Shown here one piece after another: positions 28,401 through 41,697 of a stretch of 64,000 nt of DNA (the first letter of the stretch is position 1; every line of letters starts with the position of its first letter). The notes beneath the pieces were generated by a model. The model did no database searches, was not told the DNA's origin, and worked only from the letters and a program-made list of their open reading frames with translations. The DNA is taken from positions 1,364,001 to 1,428,000 of the forward strand of contig CM074813.1 in assembly GCA_037447605.1 (NCBI GenBank), in the 5' to 3' direction. The DNA comes from Zygnema circumcarinatum SAG 698-1b. Its lineage: Eukaryota; Plantae; Zygnematophyceae. The translations under genes were made by a program, and so were the position numbers.

Positions 28401-31400
28401 TGTAACGGCTGAGATCTGACCCCTTCAGCCTGCGCGGAATCACACACCAGAGCTCAGCGGAAGAGAGAGCAAGAGAGAGAGCTTCAGAGTAGGGAGCAGC
28501 CCGCGAAGGGCGTGCAACCGTATGCCGGTATGTTGGTTGGGTGACGACAGTCCCCCACGCCCCTTTACACTTCCCCCGTTGAACCTCCTACCAGCATGGA
28601 GGATTGGAAGCAGGTCGCCCAATGGCAACCGTTACGCGGTCCCTCTCACCGCATGGGTCGGGAGGTGTGGCTAACGGTTTAATGCTCGCCGCGATTTCCG
28701 CTGGTACAAGATCAAGGGACGCGGGCGCCGTCAGCCGTATCGCTGGTGTAATTTGCCGGATCCTATACAAGGCGCGGTCCGGATGATAAAATCATTCATG
28801 ACTAACGGGTAAATCTTCGTGATTGTATTTTAATGCATCGTTACGCTCCAGTAACGCAGGAAGATGTGGTCGGAATTCCATGATCCTCGACCACATCGCG
28901 CGCGTACATATATGTCTCAGATATCAAGGCCGCATTCTAACCCTTGCAACCTTCGCAGCAGCTCGACATCCCCCGTGACCTTCCCCTGCCCTGGTGGTCC
29001 CCGGCCTTTGCCACTGCCTCGCGCCTCCCGGGTGAGAGGACAGACGGGTGCGCCCCAAGTACACCTCCCGGTGGTGATCAGAAGGTTACATTACTTCCCC
29101 TGCGGAGAAAACGTGAACGCCTCGCTCACGCCAGTGTGGGGTGTTAGGGCCAGCAAAACAGAAGTTCAACGGCACGCCGCCGGCCCCCACGCGGATAACC
29201 CAGGCCCGGCCGATAATCCCGTCAAGTCCCTTTCCTCGAAGTTGCGCGTGGACGCTCAGAAACCTCCGTGGCCGCCTCGGGCCGCTTCCCGCCCGCGCCT
29301 CCCAAGCATAAGTTGATGAGCCTCGGCAATTGGTTAAGCGTTCGGCTTCCCAGTATGTGCTATGTTCAACCCTTCATAGCCCAAACTTCAATTTCAATGC
29401 AGGTATCTGTGGATGGGAAGATCGAATCTTTCTCACAAGACTACGGGCTTCTGAATGTTTTCAACTTCATACCTCAAGTTCACCTTCAAGTTCCACTGGT
29501 GGGGGAGGTGGTTGGATCCTCCCATCGCTACGGTAGACCTTTAGCAAACCCACATGAAAGACCGGATGCACCTTCATGTGGGATGGTAAATCCAACCTGT
29601 AAGCGACATCATTGATTCGCTTCACGACCCTAAAAGGTCCGATGAAGCGGGGCCACAGCTTACGTGTTCCGCCATAAGCTTTGAGTCTCAAGTTCGCCGT
29701 ACTTAAGCAGAACACCTTCGCCATTGGCGGTGAGTTGGCACGGTGACGGTCGCGATAGGCCTTTATGTCGCGACCGGCCGCTTAAAGGTGGTCTCCGGGC
29801 CGCGGCTCCTCCGCAGTCACGCATATTAGTCGGACAAAAAGATCTGATCAAGGAGGTCAGGTCCCATCAAATTCCTCCTCGCCCAAGGATCGGGGGTTTT
29901 GTGGACGCCCATGTTCCACGGATCAGGGGGCTGATACCTTGGTTGCAAGGGATTTAGAGGATGTTGGCCAAAGTTCAAGAAGAAAGGGGTGGTACCAATG
30001 GACTCCTGGGCATTATCGGCGGCATACTCAGCCAAATCGGGAGCAGCTTCGCCCCACCCATCCCGGTGTCCCACATATAATGCCGCGAGGTAATCCTCCG
30101 TGATCCTCGCTCACCGGCTCATTCGCCATCGGGCCGGCGGGTGGAAAGTCAGACTCAACGTACCGCTTGGTCCCAACCATTTGAGCACTTCACCCGAATG
30201 CCGGTGAATCGCGGATCACTGGCCGATACAATTTCCGGACCGCAGCACTATGCCGCTCCACACTTTGTCAACATACAACCGTAGAATTGGCTTCTACCTA
30301 AATTGTTTTAGTAGTTGGTGCAAACGCACTATCTTGCCGAGCCGATCGACAAAGACGATTATGGATTCATGCCCCCGTGGTTTCACAGGAAGATCTGTGA
30401 TCAAGTCCATACCCACACTATCCCATTTCCGACAAGGAGGTGTGAGGGGATGCAGCCGCCGTGATCCCCGCCAAAGGCGGGTTTGTTTCGCTGACAAGTT
30501 GGACAAGTCGCAGTACATACTGCCACATCCCCGGTATCCGTGCCACCGTAACTCTGAGCAAAGGCCTCACCTGCCTTGGGTAACTCCCATGTGACCCCAG
30601 ACGGAGGATCATGTAGCTCACCTGCACGAGTCAGCCAGACATCTCCGCCTTGGGCACGACCAATTGGCCGCCGCGGGTACCGTAATCCGTCCTGTGACAA
30701 CTAATTTCTTGTCCTTATAGCCATTTCCTTGGCCACATCCAGAATAAAGGATTATCAGATACCCTCCCGACCACCCCACTGGAGATCGAGAGTTAGAGGG
30801 TTGACTCACCGTGGAGGACCTACATTAGCATACCGAGACGGAGACTCGGGTTGGCCGCCCTCACTCTTCTCGGCTATCTCGTTCCACCTAACACTCGAGC
30901 TCTAATTTGAAGACCATCCGTAAGATGCCGAGGTCGCCTTACCACTGGTTCGCCATATCGTTCTCCGGGCCGATAAAACCCATCGGCACAAACCTTTGAG
31001 GAACTCAGACCGTTCAGCCAGACAAGTGTCCGTTGAGTTGAGAGGAACGGCCAACGGGCGGTGGTCAGCTGTAATTAGCGTGACTGCCACTTCTAAATAA
31101 GACCGCCATGTCCTCGGCGTGACCACCGCAGAAGCGCCTCGCTCGCTGCGTAATAGTTATGCCGGGATTCCATTTTGCATTCTCATATGCTGTTAAGGTC
31201 GGGCTACATCCAAACAAGACGGCATCCAAGGCGTAATCCCCGGCATCACAAACCACTTCATAAGTGTTTGGACGTCCGCTAAACGGGAGTGGGTACGAAT
31301 AAGTGCATGGCGACACCTTCGAATAATGCATCCCGCATTCAGGTCCATGTGAAAGGGGACACCGAATCTGCCAAATTGGGCCAAGGGGTAACGAAGCCAT

Positions 31401-34400
31401 TAAACCCTTGGATGAACTTTCTACTTAAAATAATTCGCAAAGCCTGTGAAAAGACCCCAATCGATGCAGGTAAGTCACGCAGGGCTTCAAGTTTCGACCG
31501 AAACTTTGGCAGGTCGTGCCGAGGTCCCGACATCATCGAGAATATGCCCAAGATAAAGCAACTCGTGCTGTACGGCGACACTTCTTCCTCGCATAAAATT
31601 GGTGTTTCCTCAAAATCTCAAACACTTCTCAACGTTCAAGATGTTCTCCTCCGCCTTAACAAGACAAGTGATACTACCGAGGGGTAAACTAAAACAAACT
31701 CGCCTACGCCGACAACATTTCGCTCATCACAACTGAAGGTCGCCGGACATTAGTCAATCCAAAGGGCAACACCTTATATCGAAATGACCAATCGGGCGTC
31801 CTAACGCGTTGGCACATCGCCTCGCATCACCTGACCGATGGTACCCCGAGCAAAGACGTAATAAGAAACACTCGGTGCAAGTCGCGGAAGACGATCCAAC
31901 AGATCGCCGATACGTGGTAGCAAATCATTCTTTACGCGGATTTTGTTGAGTGCGCCATAATCAATGCATCCTCAACTTAACCATCTTCCCAACGAACAAG
32001 ACGGGCGCCCCCTGTGCGCGGCTCGACCGGGTTCTATCCGCCCCTTGTCACGCAGTTGCCAACCGCCAGATTTCCTCGGTTTCTTTCGGACTTAACCGAT
32101 AGATCGGCCGCCAAGGCGGCTTTTGCTCAGGCTCAAGAGGAATTGTGTGCCCCACCCCTCTCGATGGTGGCAACCCTCTTGGAAGGTCGTCAGGGAAGAC
32201 ATCCCTGAACTCATCCAACAGAGGTTGGATCTGAGACGGAACAGCCGAGAGCACATCCGTAGATGTGATCTGCCATTCTTGATCTTCGTCATGAACATCC
32301 TCAGTGGCTGCCATGACATGCACCATGAACACGGTGCAACCCTCCTTAACAGCTTTGGCCAATTGCATGGCCGAGCAGAGATAAGGAGTAACAGGCTGCT
32401 TGATAGCAGAGGATGTGGAGCTGCCAGGGTGCAGGGTAATCCGCCTGGCACCACTGTGCAGAATGCAATGTGGGATGGAAAAGTCCAATTGGGCCTTGAC
32501 CTCAGTTAACCAAGTACTCCCTAAAATAACATCCGCTCTGCAAAGGGGCTGGCCAGTCGGGGCGCACTTCACCGCCTCCGGAGTAGATTTCATTGAGCTT
32601 GATATCGGCGCGCGGACGCTACCAGAGATCTGGCCCCTTAAGGGCCCATCCTCAAAAGTAACACTTTCCTCGAATGGGATCCGTGGGTCAACCCGACCGC
32701 TGGTGAATGCGTAATCCAATAAAGTTAGTATCTCATTTCAAAGATTCAAAGCATAGCATCATCAAGGGTGGCCATTGGTCAATTCCGTGAAGGCCATTGC
32801 ACGATGGGCAGCAAGGAACATAGATCGCACTATATGCGAAGGGTGAGGACGAGCCGTCATTCACACCAATGTGTAGGGTGACCCAACCAACGAACTGGTG
32901 GATCCTTCCATCGTCTGCACCAATTTGTGCCCTTTCCTCAACTGTTTCACCAACCGCCAGTTGGCGTTGGGAAAAGTGCGAACTGCCAAGTGCTGAGGAA
33001 CCAGCACATGCAGCCCAAGGATGTGGGAAGTATCCCGCAAGACAAGCAAGGCATCCATGGCACATCTCATCAAGACATCAATATCCCCATGACATTGAGA
33101 ATCAAACATGCCATCGGGCCACGCATTTATTACATCCATAAACCTGTAGGAGTCACCTACCTACAAGGGAAAGGGACATGGAATCGAAGCGCATGACACA
33201 TTAACGGTGATCGTACCCCCAAAGGTCTGCCCGCCAGTTAAGAATGCCCGTGGGTCCTAAGCTACAAAAGTCTCCCCAATATCGACGAATCGCCCTCCCA
33301 TCCCTAATCCTCAGTTTACTCCACCAATGCACTTAAACTCGGGCCGCGGGTTGGGGTTTTCCCCTACCTGCCCTTCTGCCCCACTGCTCAGAGGGCAATC
33401 CCCCGCCTCAGGCCTTCCCCAAGGGCAATGAAACACTTCAGCCCCGGCCGTGATCTTCCATTTCCTCCGGAGTCAACTTCAAGGGCCGCCAAGAATGGGC
33501 GGGCGGGCAAACACTTCCCTACCGCTCGCTATTCTTTCCTCGCCATCTGGCGTGTGCCGCAGGGTCCCGCCTTCCACCTAATCTCAGCCACGCCGCCTCA
33601 CCTCACTGGGCTCCGAAGTACCGACTGCAGGGGCTGTGTCCGGGAATCAATGGTGGTCGCGATCAAAGTACAGCCTCACAGAAGTCACGGTCCCTACCTG
33701 CCGAGTCCGTGGGTTGCTCGGCAATGCCTCTCGTGTGGCTTCAAGCCATATTCCCTCAAGTGGAAAGAACTCACCGGCCTGTGCTTGTGAGTGGTGATTT
33801 GGGCACACTTGTCGCAGTCTTAAACCGCTGACGCCGGCTCGGGACCATGTTCAAACTTATCCCTGGCCTCCAAGTCGGATCCAAGGTCCCAGGCAAGTGT
33901 TTGATAAGTTCATCTCTCAACTTATCCCAATCGTCCCCACTATCGAGGCCCTCATACACACCTTTATGCTCCTTCGGAAATACCGGGTGCGTAAGCAAAG
34001 CTACCCAATCGGAGGGGGGATGGGGCTTACGCAGCATGTAGCCCTTCTGCTTGATTCCAAATCCACGCCACAATCGAGCAGCCCTGTGGTAGGATAACAC
34101 CAAAAGGAAAGCGGGCTACCTTAGTCCGGAGCCCCTGCTCGCATCTCGCAGGTTGCGTGAGGAGCCGGGCCCGAGGACCGGATCCCTCCGCCGCCAGGGC
34201 CGCCTCTCACCTGGGTCCTCATCGGGCCGGTTCGCCACCCCTACGGGAGCGGCTTCCTCGTGAAAAGCCGGGGTCGATCTCTCACGGCCGCTCGGCACTG
34301 TTGGGGCGCGTTTCCGGGGATGACGACGCCACCGAGTGGCTTCGGCTTCTAACCCCGCCCCTCGTGACCTCCGATGTACTCCACGCTTCTACAAACAGGG

Positions 34401-35529
34401 GGTTCGGTGCATACCTTCTTCGAGTCCTCCGGAGCCTCGGCCCTCGGAAGGGCCTCGTGAATCGGCCTGGGAGGCCCACCAAGCGGCGATCAGGAGCTCC
34501 ATGTCGCCCACCGCCGCATGTGCCATAAGGCGGGCGACGCTGGGCCGCTTACATCCACTCCTCAGTCATTAACTTCTTCATCTTTAAGGACGCCGCCTAC
34601 GCATGTGGCCCCATCATGATCGGCGATTTCCCGCCGAGAGCTGCCCGTGGAACGAGGGAGGCAGTTAGCCACCGGATGACTCGTCATCTCAGCGGGGCTC
34701 GACTCGGCCTCCATGTGACTCCGCGTGGGCCTCGAGGTCTCCTCCCATCTCCTCGCCCCGGAATCCGAGGTGGAGGTGGCGCTCTCGAGGGCCCCGGGTC
34801 CCTCCGGCCTCGGGCGAAAGGGTCACTATGACCCACTAGGTTCTCCTTAAAAGCAGAAGGCCGCAACCGCTCATACCAACAATGTAACGGCCGAGATCCT
34901 CACCCTTCACCGCTAATCACACACCGAGTCAAGAGAGAGCAAGAGAGAGAGAGAGGGAGCTTCAGTAGGGAGCAGCCCGCGAAGGGCGTGCAACCGTATG
35001 CCGGTATGTTGGTTGGGTGACGACACCCCACTTTACACTTCCCGCTGAACCCTACCAAAGATGGAGGATCGGGAAGCTGTGGCTGTCCAATGGCAACCGC
35101 CACGGTCCCTCCCTCACCCGGTGACGTGGGTCGTCGGTATTAACGCATTTAATGCTCGCCGTGATTCGCTGGGCGCCGCCGCGACGCGCGCCAGACAAGC
35201 CGTGCACGGTCGATCCTGGTCCGACCGATAAATCATTCGGGTATTCAACGGTAACCCGCGGATTGTATGACGCATCGTTACGCCTAAAACGAAGGAAGAT
35301 GTGGTCGGAATTCCATGATCCTCGACCACACGGGCGTGCGAACATATATGTCTTCAGATTACACAGACGTAACCCTTGCAACCTTCGCAGTATCCATCCC
35401 GTGACCCTTCCCCGGGTCCCGGTGGTCCTCGACGCCTTTGGCCACTCGCCTCGCCACCGGGCGGTAGTGACTAGGACGGGTGCGCCCTAAGTACACCTCT
35501 CCTTGCAGGATCAGAAGGCTTTCGCTATG
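28401..35529 (-). mobile_element. Ty3/Gypsy chromovirus-type LTR retrotransposon nested in the Copia. 3' LTR 28401-29090, 5' LTR 34883-~35529; gag-PR-RT-RH-IN-chromodomain all frameshifted
   Basis: LTR TGTAAC...GTTACA; PPT next to 29091; PBS-like TGGTATGAGC at 34869-34878 (minus). Integrase motifs WDSVGMDLITDLP and KLWPRFIGPFRVVKRINDVAYRLDLPSHMKVHPVFHVGLLK; RNase H EVVCDAGDYALDAVL; protease-region DVILGSTWL; degenerate chromodomain ELEYEVENI...RYL..W..GY..EHSTWEAERLTNC. TSD GGATC (28396-28400) / TGATC (35530-35534). Confidence 0.85.
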
Positions 35530-36830
35530 TGATCTCCTTCCCACCGCCCCAGGTAACCGCATAACACCGCTTTTGCCCCTCTCAAATTTTATCCCGGACC
35601 CCGGCCACCCCTTTACATACCGCGAAGATCCGCTTGACCGCTTCCCGTTGTTGCCGCCCCGATTCTCGTGATACTTTGAGGTCGTATCAATCATGGCTAA
35701 GTCCGCCTAAGACTCTACCATCAAATATATGAGGCTACCGATGGCTTCCACCGTATGGAATGTTGGTCATCGCCTTTGGCCTCCGCCGCTAGCCTCAGGT
35801 CCCATCTCTCTTTCGAGAGTCGTGACACCGCAATCCATGGGGTCGGGTAAAGTGGGACACACCCGTGATATGAAATTTTGCAAGAATATCCCGGCATATT
35901 TCCCCGACTATAACAGTTTCCCTACCTCTTGTCAATCCCTAATGTGTACTCAGCTTCCCGGCGATCTTATTATCCGAAGTTTGTCTTCATAAGATCTTTG
36001 AGATCCTCAATGCTCGGCTATGGATTGGCTTATGACAATCAAATCGCCCACGTATATGCCAACGTGACACCATCTTGTCTCCCTTCTCCCTTCCCGTGAG
36101 ACGAGTGATTCGTTAACTGCAAATCAAGTAATCCTCGCAAAAGATTGTCGATTTTCTCGCATTCAGATTCCGGCGCCTCGCTGAGGCCGCATAAGCTCTT
36201 TCACCAACCTGCACACAAGTTTTCCTTCGCTCGCTTGACCCTTCCGTGCTGGTCCATATAGATTTCTTCCTCTAGATTTACGTAGAAAGCGTGTCTTAAT
36301 ATCTAATTGGTGCACGCATGTCCTCGTGAGGTCGCTGATGGAGATTAGGATCCGGAGAGAGTTGAATTTGACAACCGAGCAAAGGTCTCGAGTAGTTCAG
36401 TCCGTACCGCTGACTGCATCCCTTTGCTACCAAATTCGCCACCTATCAATGCTTCCGCCGATTTCTTTGATTTTAAAGACCCATTTACATCCTATGGTCT
36501 TTCCCCGCTACCGGCAGCTGCTCCGTGACGCCACGCGCTACTCCTCGACAAAGTTGGCGTAACTCAATCGCCAATAGCGCCGCATCTGACGCCGCCAAGG
36601 CCCCGCATTCCCAAAGCGCCCTCGCGGCAGTTTGGGCCTCAATCGCTTCATCATCGCATCACCGCCATGGTCGTGCGAAAATCCGAGGAGTCGGCCGGAA
36701 CGCCAAGGCGTTCTCGACACCCGCCAACGGACTGCTGCCGTGGTGTCCGCGACGGAGTGTGCTCAGAGGGGGTCCAAAACGCACGGAGACTGTCAGGGCC
36801 GACGGTTCTCGCTGCGGTGAATCAATCTCG
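35530..36830 (-). mobile_element. Copia reverse transcriptase remnant (continuation of the element split at 28400/35530), heavily frameshifted
   Basis: Across frameshifts the minus strand reads KTIGCKWVFKIK, LVAKG, HQLDIKT.FL..NLEEEIYMDQ, GIYVGDLIVI, AIGSLIYLMV and GY....W.GD, in Copia RT order. Confidence 0.75.
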
Positions 36831-36833
36831 ATC

Positions 36834-38983
36834 TGTACAAACGCTACTACCCCAAGGGGAAGGGTTACTAGAGCCCGGCGTGGCTTTATGTTTCCATCCA
36901 ATGCAAGTATCAACGTTAGGGCATCTGATACCTTATAGATCTAATGGAGGTCCTAGGTTCAAACCATAAGAACCGTTCACCGCGGCCGCCACACTTGGCG
37001 GCCCCACGCCGTTAAGGTCCCTCCTTCGCAGGAGGATCAAATACGGGTTGGTTCGGCATCACGGGACCAACTGTCTCCAAGGATAGATTCCGGCCACGCC
37101 CGGATCCCCCTTGGGATTCTTCCGGGCCGCTCTCTCGTCCGGTGACGTAACGGCCGAATACCATGGTATCGCGGACGCGCGATCGGCCGGTCGGGCCCCA
37201 AGGCCGCCAGGTTTCCTCCTGCAAGTGGGACCGCGGTAATCGACGTTATTTCTGGGCGGCGCTGTCAAGGTTGCGTGCACGCCGCGCACGCGGGCGTAGC
37301 ATTCAGACAGCACACCCTCTCACTCATTCCCAGCCAGAGGGGACACGCAGGCCCGCCACGCCCCGCCTCCAATCCTCCATGCCGGGTAGAGGTTCAACGG
37401 GGAAGTGTATAGGCGTGGGTGACGGTCGTCACCCACCAACATACCGCATACGGGTTGCACGTTCGCCCCGGGCTGCTCCCCACTCTCTTGCTCTCTCTCC
37501 CGGCCAACTCCTCGTGTGTGATTCCCAAGCAGTCAAGGGGCTGCTTTCAGCCGCTACATTGTATCGAGGCCGCCAAGGCGGCCTCTTTCTTTGGGAGGAA
37601 CCCAGTGGGTCATGGTGACCACCGGGCCGGGCCGAGGGGACCCGGGCCTCAATGCCACCTCCACCCTCTGCCTCAGACGCAGGAGATGGGAGGAGACCTC
37701 GGAGACTACGCCCGTCCCTATGGAGGGGCCGAGTCCCGAGCCCACGGATGACCAAGGTCATCCGGTGACTGCTGCCCTCCCTCCCGTTCCACCGGAGCCG
37801 CTGGCTCCGGCAGAATCCGCCGATCCTATGATCGGGGCCCACATTACTGTGGGCGCGTCCTTGAAGATGAAGAAGAGGATTGACGAACTGGGAGTGGATG
37901 TAAGGCAGAAGCGCGTCGCCACCATGGCCTGTACGAGGCAGGTGGACGACATGGAGCTCACGGTCCGCCGCTTGGTGGACACGCTCCAGATGGAGTTCAG
38001 GAGCCTGGCGGAGAGGCTCCGAATCATCGAAGAAGGTATGCCCCAACCCTCAGCCGTAGAGGCAAAAGTGGATGCTGCAGGTCCCGGGAAGGGGTTAGGC
38101 AAACTATCTCGTGGCGCCGCTCGTCTCCGGACAGCCTTCAACCGCTGCCTAAGCGTACCGCGTAGTCCGACCGGTTTTTCCATGGGGAAGCCACCCATGG
38201 GTATGGAACCACCCAGCCAGCTGGGGGACCGTCAGGGGCAAGGCAGCTGCCGGCGGCGCGAGGGGATCCCACCTCTGACTGCCCTCCTCAAGAATCCCAC
38301 CGAGGATGCCCTCGACCTGAATCGGGCCAAGGTGGCCCCGCTTTCCTTTTGGGGCGAACATCCTACCACGGACTGCTCGATTGAGCAGTGGTTGGGTCAA
38401 ACAAAGGGTTACCTTCTTGCGACCAACTGTCCCCCCCTCCAGTGGGTAAGCTTTGCTTACCCAGCACTCAGAGGAGCCGCATACCGTGTGTATGAGTGTA
38501 GCGTAACGCTACAGCGTGACCCTGGAGGCGTACTCATAGTGATACTATGACTATCCCTTCATCTCAGCGCCTAGCGGTTAGGTTAGGACGCTGCCAAGAC
38601 CGCAAGAGGTCTTGGGCTCGATCCTTGTTGCAGGCAAGGGATCTCTTTTGGATCGTACTAGTCGTCCGTACAGGTGTACGGACGCACCGACATACGGATC
38701 CTGCGACCAGAGATTTGTTACGCTGCCGCGCTGGCGATGCTGCTGGCCGGGCGCGCTACTCGCTGGAGATGTGCGCGGGCGTGTATTTTTGACAGTACCG
38801 CCCTGGGTATCGGTATCGGACGGGTTTTACGTGTTCACTGCCGGCTTTTAGCCGCGGCGCCGCCGGGCATTTACGGGCGCTGGCCAAGGCTCGACGCGCT
38901 CGCGGATGCGGGCGGCATTTCATTTTGTCTCACCATAACTCGGCTAAGGGATTCGCCACGCCGGGCGGCTCTCTCGATGGGCG
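36834..38983 (+). mobile_element. Second related Gypsy element in the opposite orientation: LTR (~36834-37558), PBS-like site and gag, truncated by the assembly gap
   Basis: 37370-37558 is the reverse complement of the LTR at 28401. It is followed by TTGTATCGAGG (PBS-like) and the gag-like IEQWLGQTKGYLLATNCPPLQWVSFAYPALRGAAYRVYE. The left LTR boundary is approximate. Confidence 0.65.
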
Positions 38984-39083
38984 NNNNNNNNNNNNNNNNN
39001 NNNNNNNNNNNNNNNNNNNNNNNNNNNNNNNNNNNNNNNNNNNNNNNNNNNNNNNNNNNNNNNNNNNNNNNNNNNNNNNNNNN
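38984..39083. other. Assembly gap (100 N)
   Basis: Run of N. True length is unknown; the Copia 5' LTR and additional 5S units may be hidden here. Confidence 1.
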
Positions 39084-39107
39084 CGGGAAGTCCCGGTGTC
39101 GCACCCA
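39084..39107 (+). rRNA. rrn5: 3' end of a 5S rRNA gene (cut by the gap)
   Basis: CGGGAAGTCCCGGTGTCGCACCCA followed by the T-run terminator. Confidence 0.85.
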
Positions 39108-39890
39108 CACCTTTTTTACTCTTTTCTTTCATTTTTGGAAATGGTCAAACATCAACATTGATGGTGTGACCAATCATGTTGGACATTGTTCTTGACCTGT
39201 TCTTGGTTGACGTCACAAGGTGACGCCTTGGCGGACTGCTTGTCTCTCGGCAAGCCGGTCCGAAACAGCAATTGCCAAATGGTTGGAACCATCGCCGCCC
39301 GGACCGACACAACCATTGCCTACGGTTGCAACCATTGGCAATGGTTGGTTTTCAATGTTGCCAACCATTGCCGCCCGCCGGCCCTTGAATTCCAAGATTG
39401 CCAACCATTGGCAATAGTTGTTTAGGGCTGGCGGCAATGGTTGGCAACGTTGAAAACCGTGGCCCATCATTGCAACCACTGCATTCCAAGGTCGCCAACC
39501 ATTGCGACGGGACAAAAACAAACAACGATTGCCAATGGTTGCAACCATACCATTGCCTGCGGTACGGTTGCCACCATTGGCAATGGTTTTTCGATTGGCA
39601 ACCATTGCCGCCGGCCCTTCAATTCCAAGGTTGCCAACCATTGGCGATCGTTGTTTAGGGCCGGCGGCAATGGTTGGCAACATGGAAACCCATTGCCAAT
39701 GGTTGCAACCATTGAATTCCGAGGTTGCCAACCATTGCGACGGGACCGAAACAACCATTGCCACTGGTTCCAACCATTGCCGCCGGTCCTAAACAACCAT
39801 TGCCGAAAGGAGGCGTCCGATGTCTTCCCTGGAAAGGAGAAAAGAAAACAGAAAAAACGAACAAGGGCTGACACTTGCACGTCCGTACAC

Positions 39891-40010
39891 GTGGTGCGAT
39901 CATACCTAGGCTACTACGCCGGATCCCATCAGAACTCCGCAGCTAAGCGCCTGTGGGCCGGAATAGTACTGGGATGGGTGACCTCCCGGGAAGTCCCGGT
40001 GTCGCACCCA
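39891..40010 (+). rRNA. rrn5: 5S rRNA gene
   Basis: Same 120-nt sequence as copy 1, with oligo-T terminator. Confidence 0.95.
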
Positions 40011-40794
40011 CACCTTTTTTACTCTTTTCTTTCATTTTTGGAAATGGTCAAACATCAACATCGATGGTGTGACCAATCATGTTGGACATTGTTCTTGACC
40101 TGTTCTTGGCTGACGTCACAAGGTGACGCCTTGGCGGACTGCTTGTCTCTCGGCAAGCCGGTCCGAAACAGCAATTGCCAAATGGTTGGAACCATCGCCG
40201 CCCGGACCGACACAACCATTGCCTACGGTTGCAACCATTGGCAATGGTTGGTTTTCAATGTTGCCAACCATTGCCGCCCGCCGGCCCTTGAATTCCAAGA
40301 TTGCCAACCATTGGCAATAGTTGTTTAGGGCTGGCGGCAATGGTTGGCAACGTTGAAAACCGTGGCCCATCATTGCAACCACTGCATTCCAAGGTCGCCA
40401 ACCATTGCGACGGGACAAAAACAAACAACGATTGCCAATGGTTGCAACCATACCATTGCCTGCGGTACGGTTGCCACCATTGGCAATGGTTTTTCGATTG
40501 GCAACCATTGCCGCCGGCCCTTCAATTCCAAGGTTGCCAACCATTGGCGATCGTTGTTTAGGGCCGGCGGCAATGGTTGGCAACATGGAAACCCATTGCC
40601 AATGGTTGCAACCATTGAATTCCGAGGTTGCCAACCATTGCGACGGGACCGAAACAACCATTGCCACTGGTTCCAACCATTGCCGCCGGTCCTAAACAAC
40701 CATTGCCGAAAGGAGGCGTCCGATGTCTTCCCTCGAAAGGAGAAAAGAAAACAGAAAAAACCACCAAAGGGCGGACACTTGCACGTCCGTACAC

Positions 40795-40914
40795 GTGGTG
40801 CGATCATACCTAGGCTACTACGCCGGATCCCATCAGAACTCCGCAGCTAAGCGCCTGTGGGCCGGAATAGTACTGGGATGGGTGACCTCCCGGGAAGTCC
40901 CGGTGTCGCACCCA
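40795..40914 (+). rRNA. rrn5: 5S rRNA gene
   Basis: Same 120-nt sequence as copy 1, with oligo-T terminator. Confidence 0.95.
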
Positions 40915-41697
40915 CACCTTTTTTACTCTTTTCTTTCATTTTTGGAAATGGTCAAACATCAACATCGATGGTGTGACCAATCATGTTGGACATTGTTCTT
41001 GACCTGTTCTTGGCTGACGTCACAAGGTGACGCCTTGGCGGACTGCTTGTCTCTCGGCAAGCCGGTCCGAAACAGCAATTGCCAAATGGTTGGAACCATC
41101 GCCGCCCGGACCGACACAACCATTGCCTACGGTTGCAACCATTGGCAATGGTTGGTTTTCAATGTTGCCAACCATTGCCGCCCGCCGGCCCTTGAATTCC
41201 AAGATTGCCAACCATTGGCAATAGTTGTTTAGGGCTGGCGGCAATGGTTGGCAACGTTGAAAACCGTGGCCCATCATTGCAACCACTGCATTCCAAGGTC
41301 GCCAACCATTGCGACGGGACAAAAACAAACAACGATTGCCAATGGTTGCAACCATACCATTGCCTGCGGTACGGTTGCCACCATTGGCAATGGTTTTTCG
41401 ATTGGCAACCATTGCCGCCGGCCCTTCAATTCCAAGGTTGCCAACCATTGGCGATCGTTGTTTAGGGCCGGCGGCAATGGTTGGCAACATGGAAACCCAT
41501 TGCCAATGGTTGCAACCATTGAATTCCGAGGTTGCCAACCATTGCGACGGGACCGAAACAACCATTGCCACTGGTTCCAACCATTGCCGCCGGTCCTAAA
41601 CAACCATTGCCGAAAGGAGGCGTCCGATGTCTTCCCTGGAAAGGAGAAAAGAAAACAGAAAAAACGAACAAGGGCTGACACTTGCACGTCCGTACAC

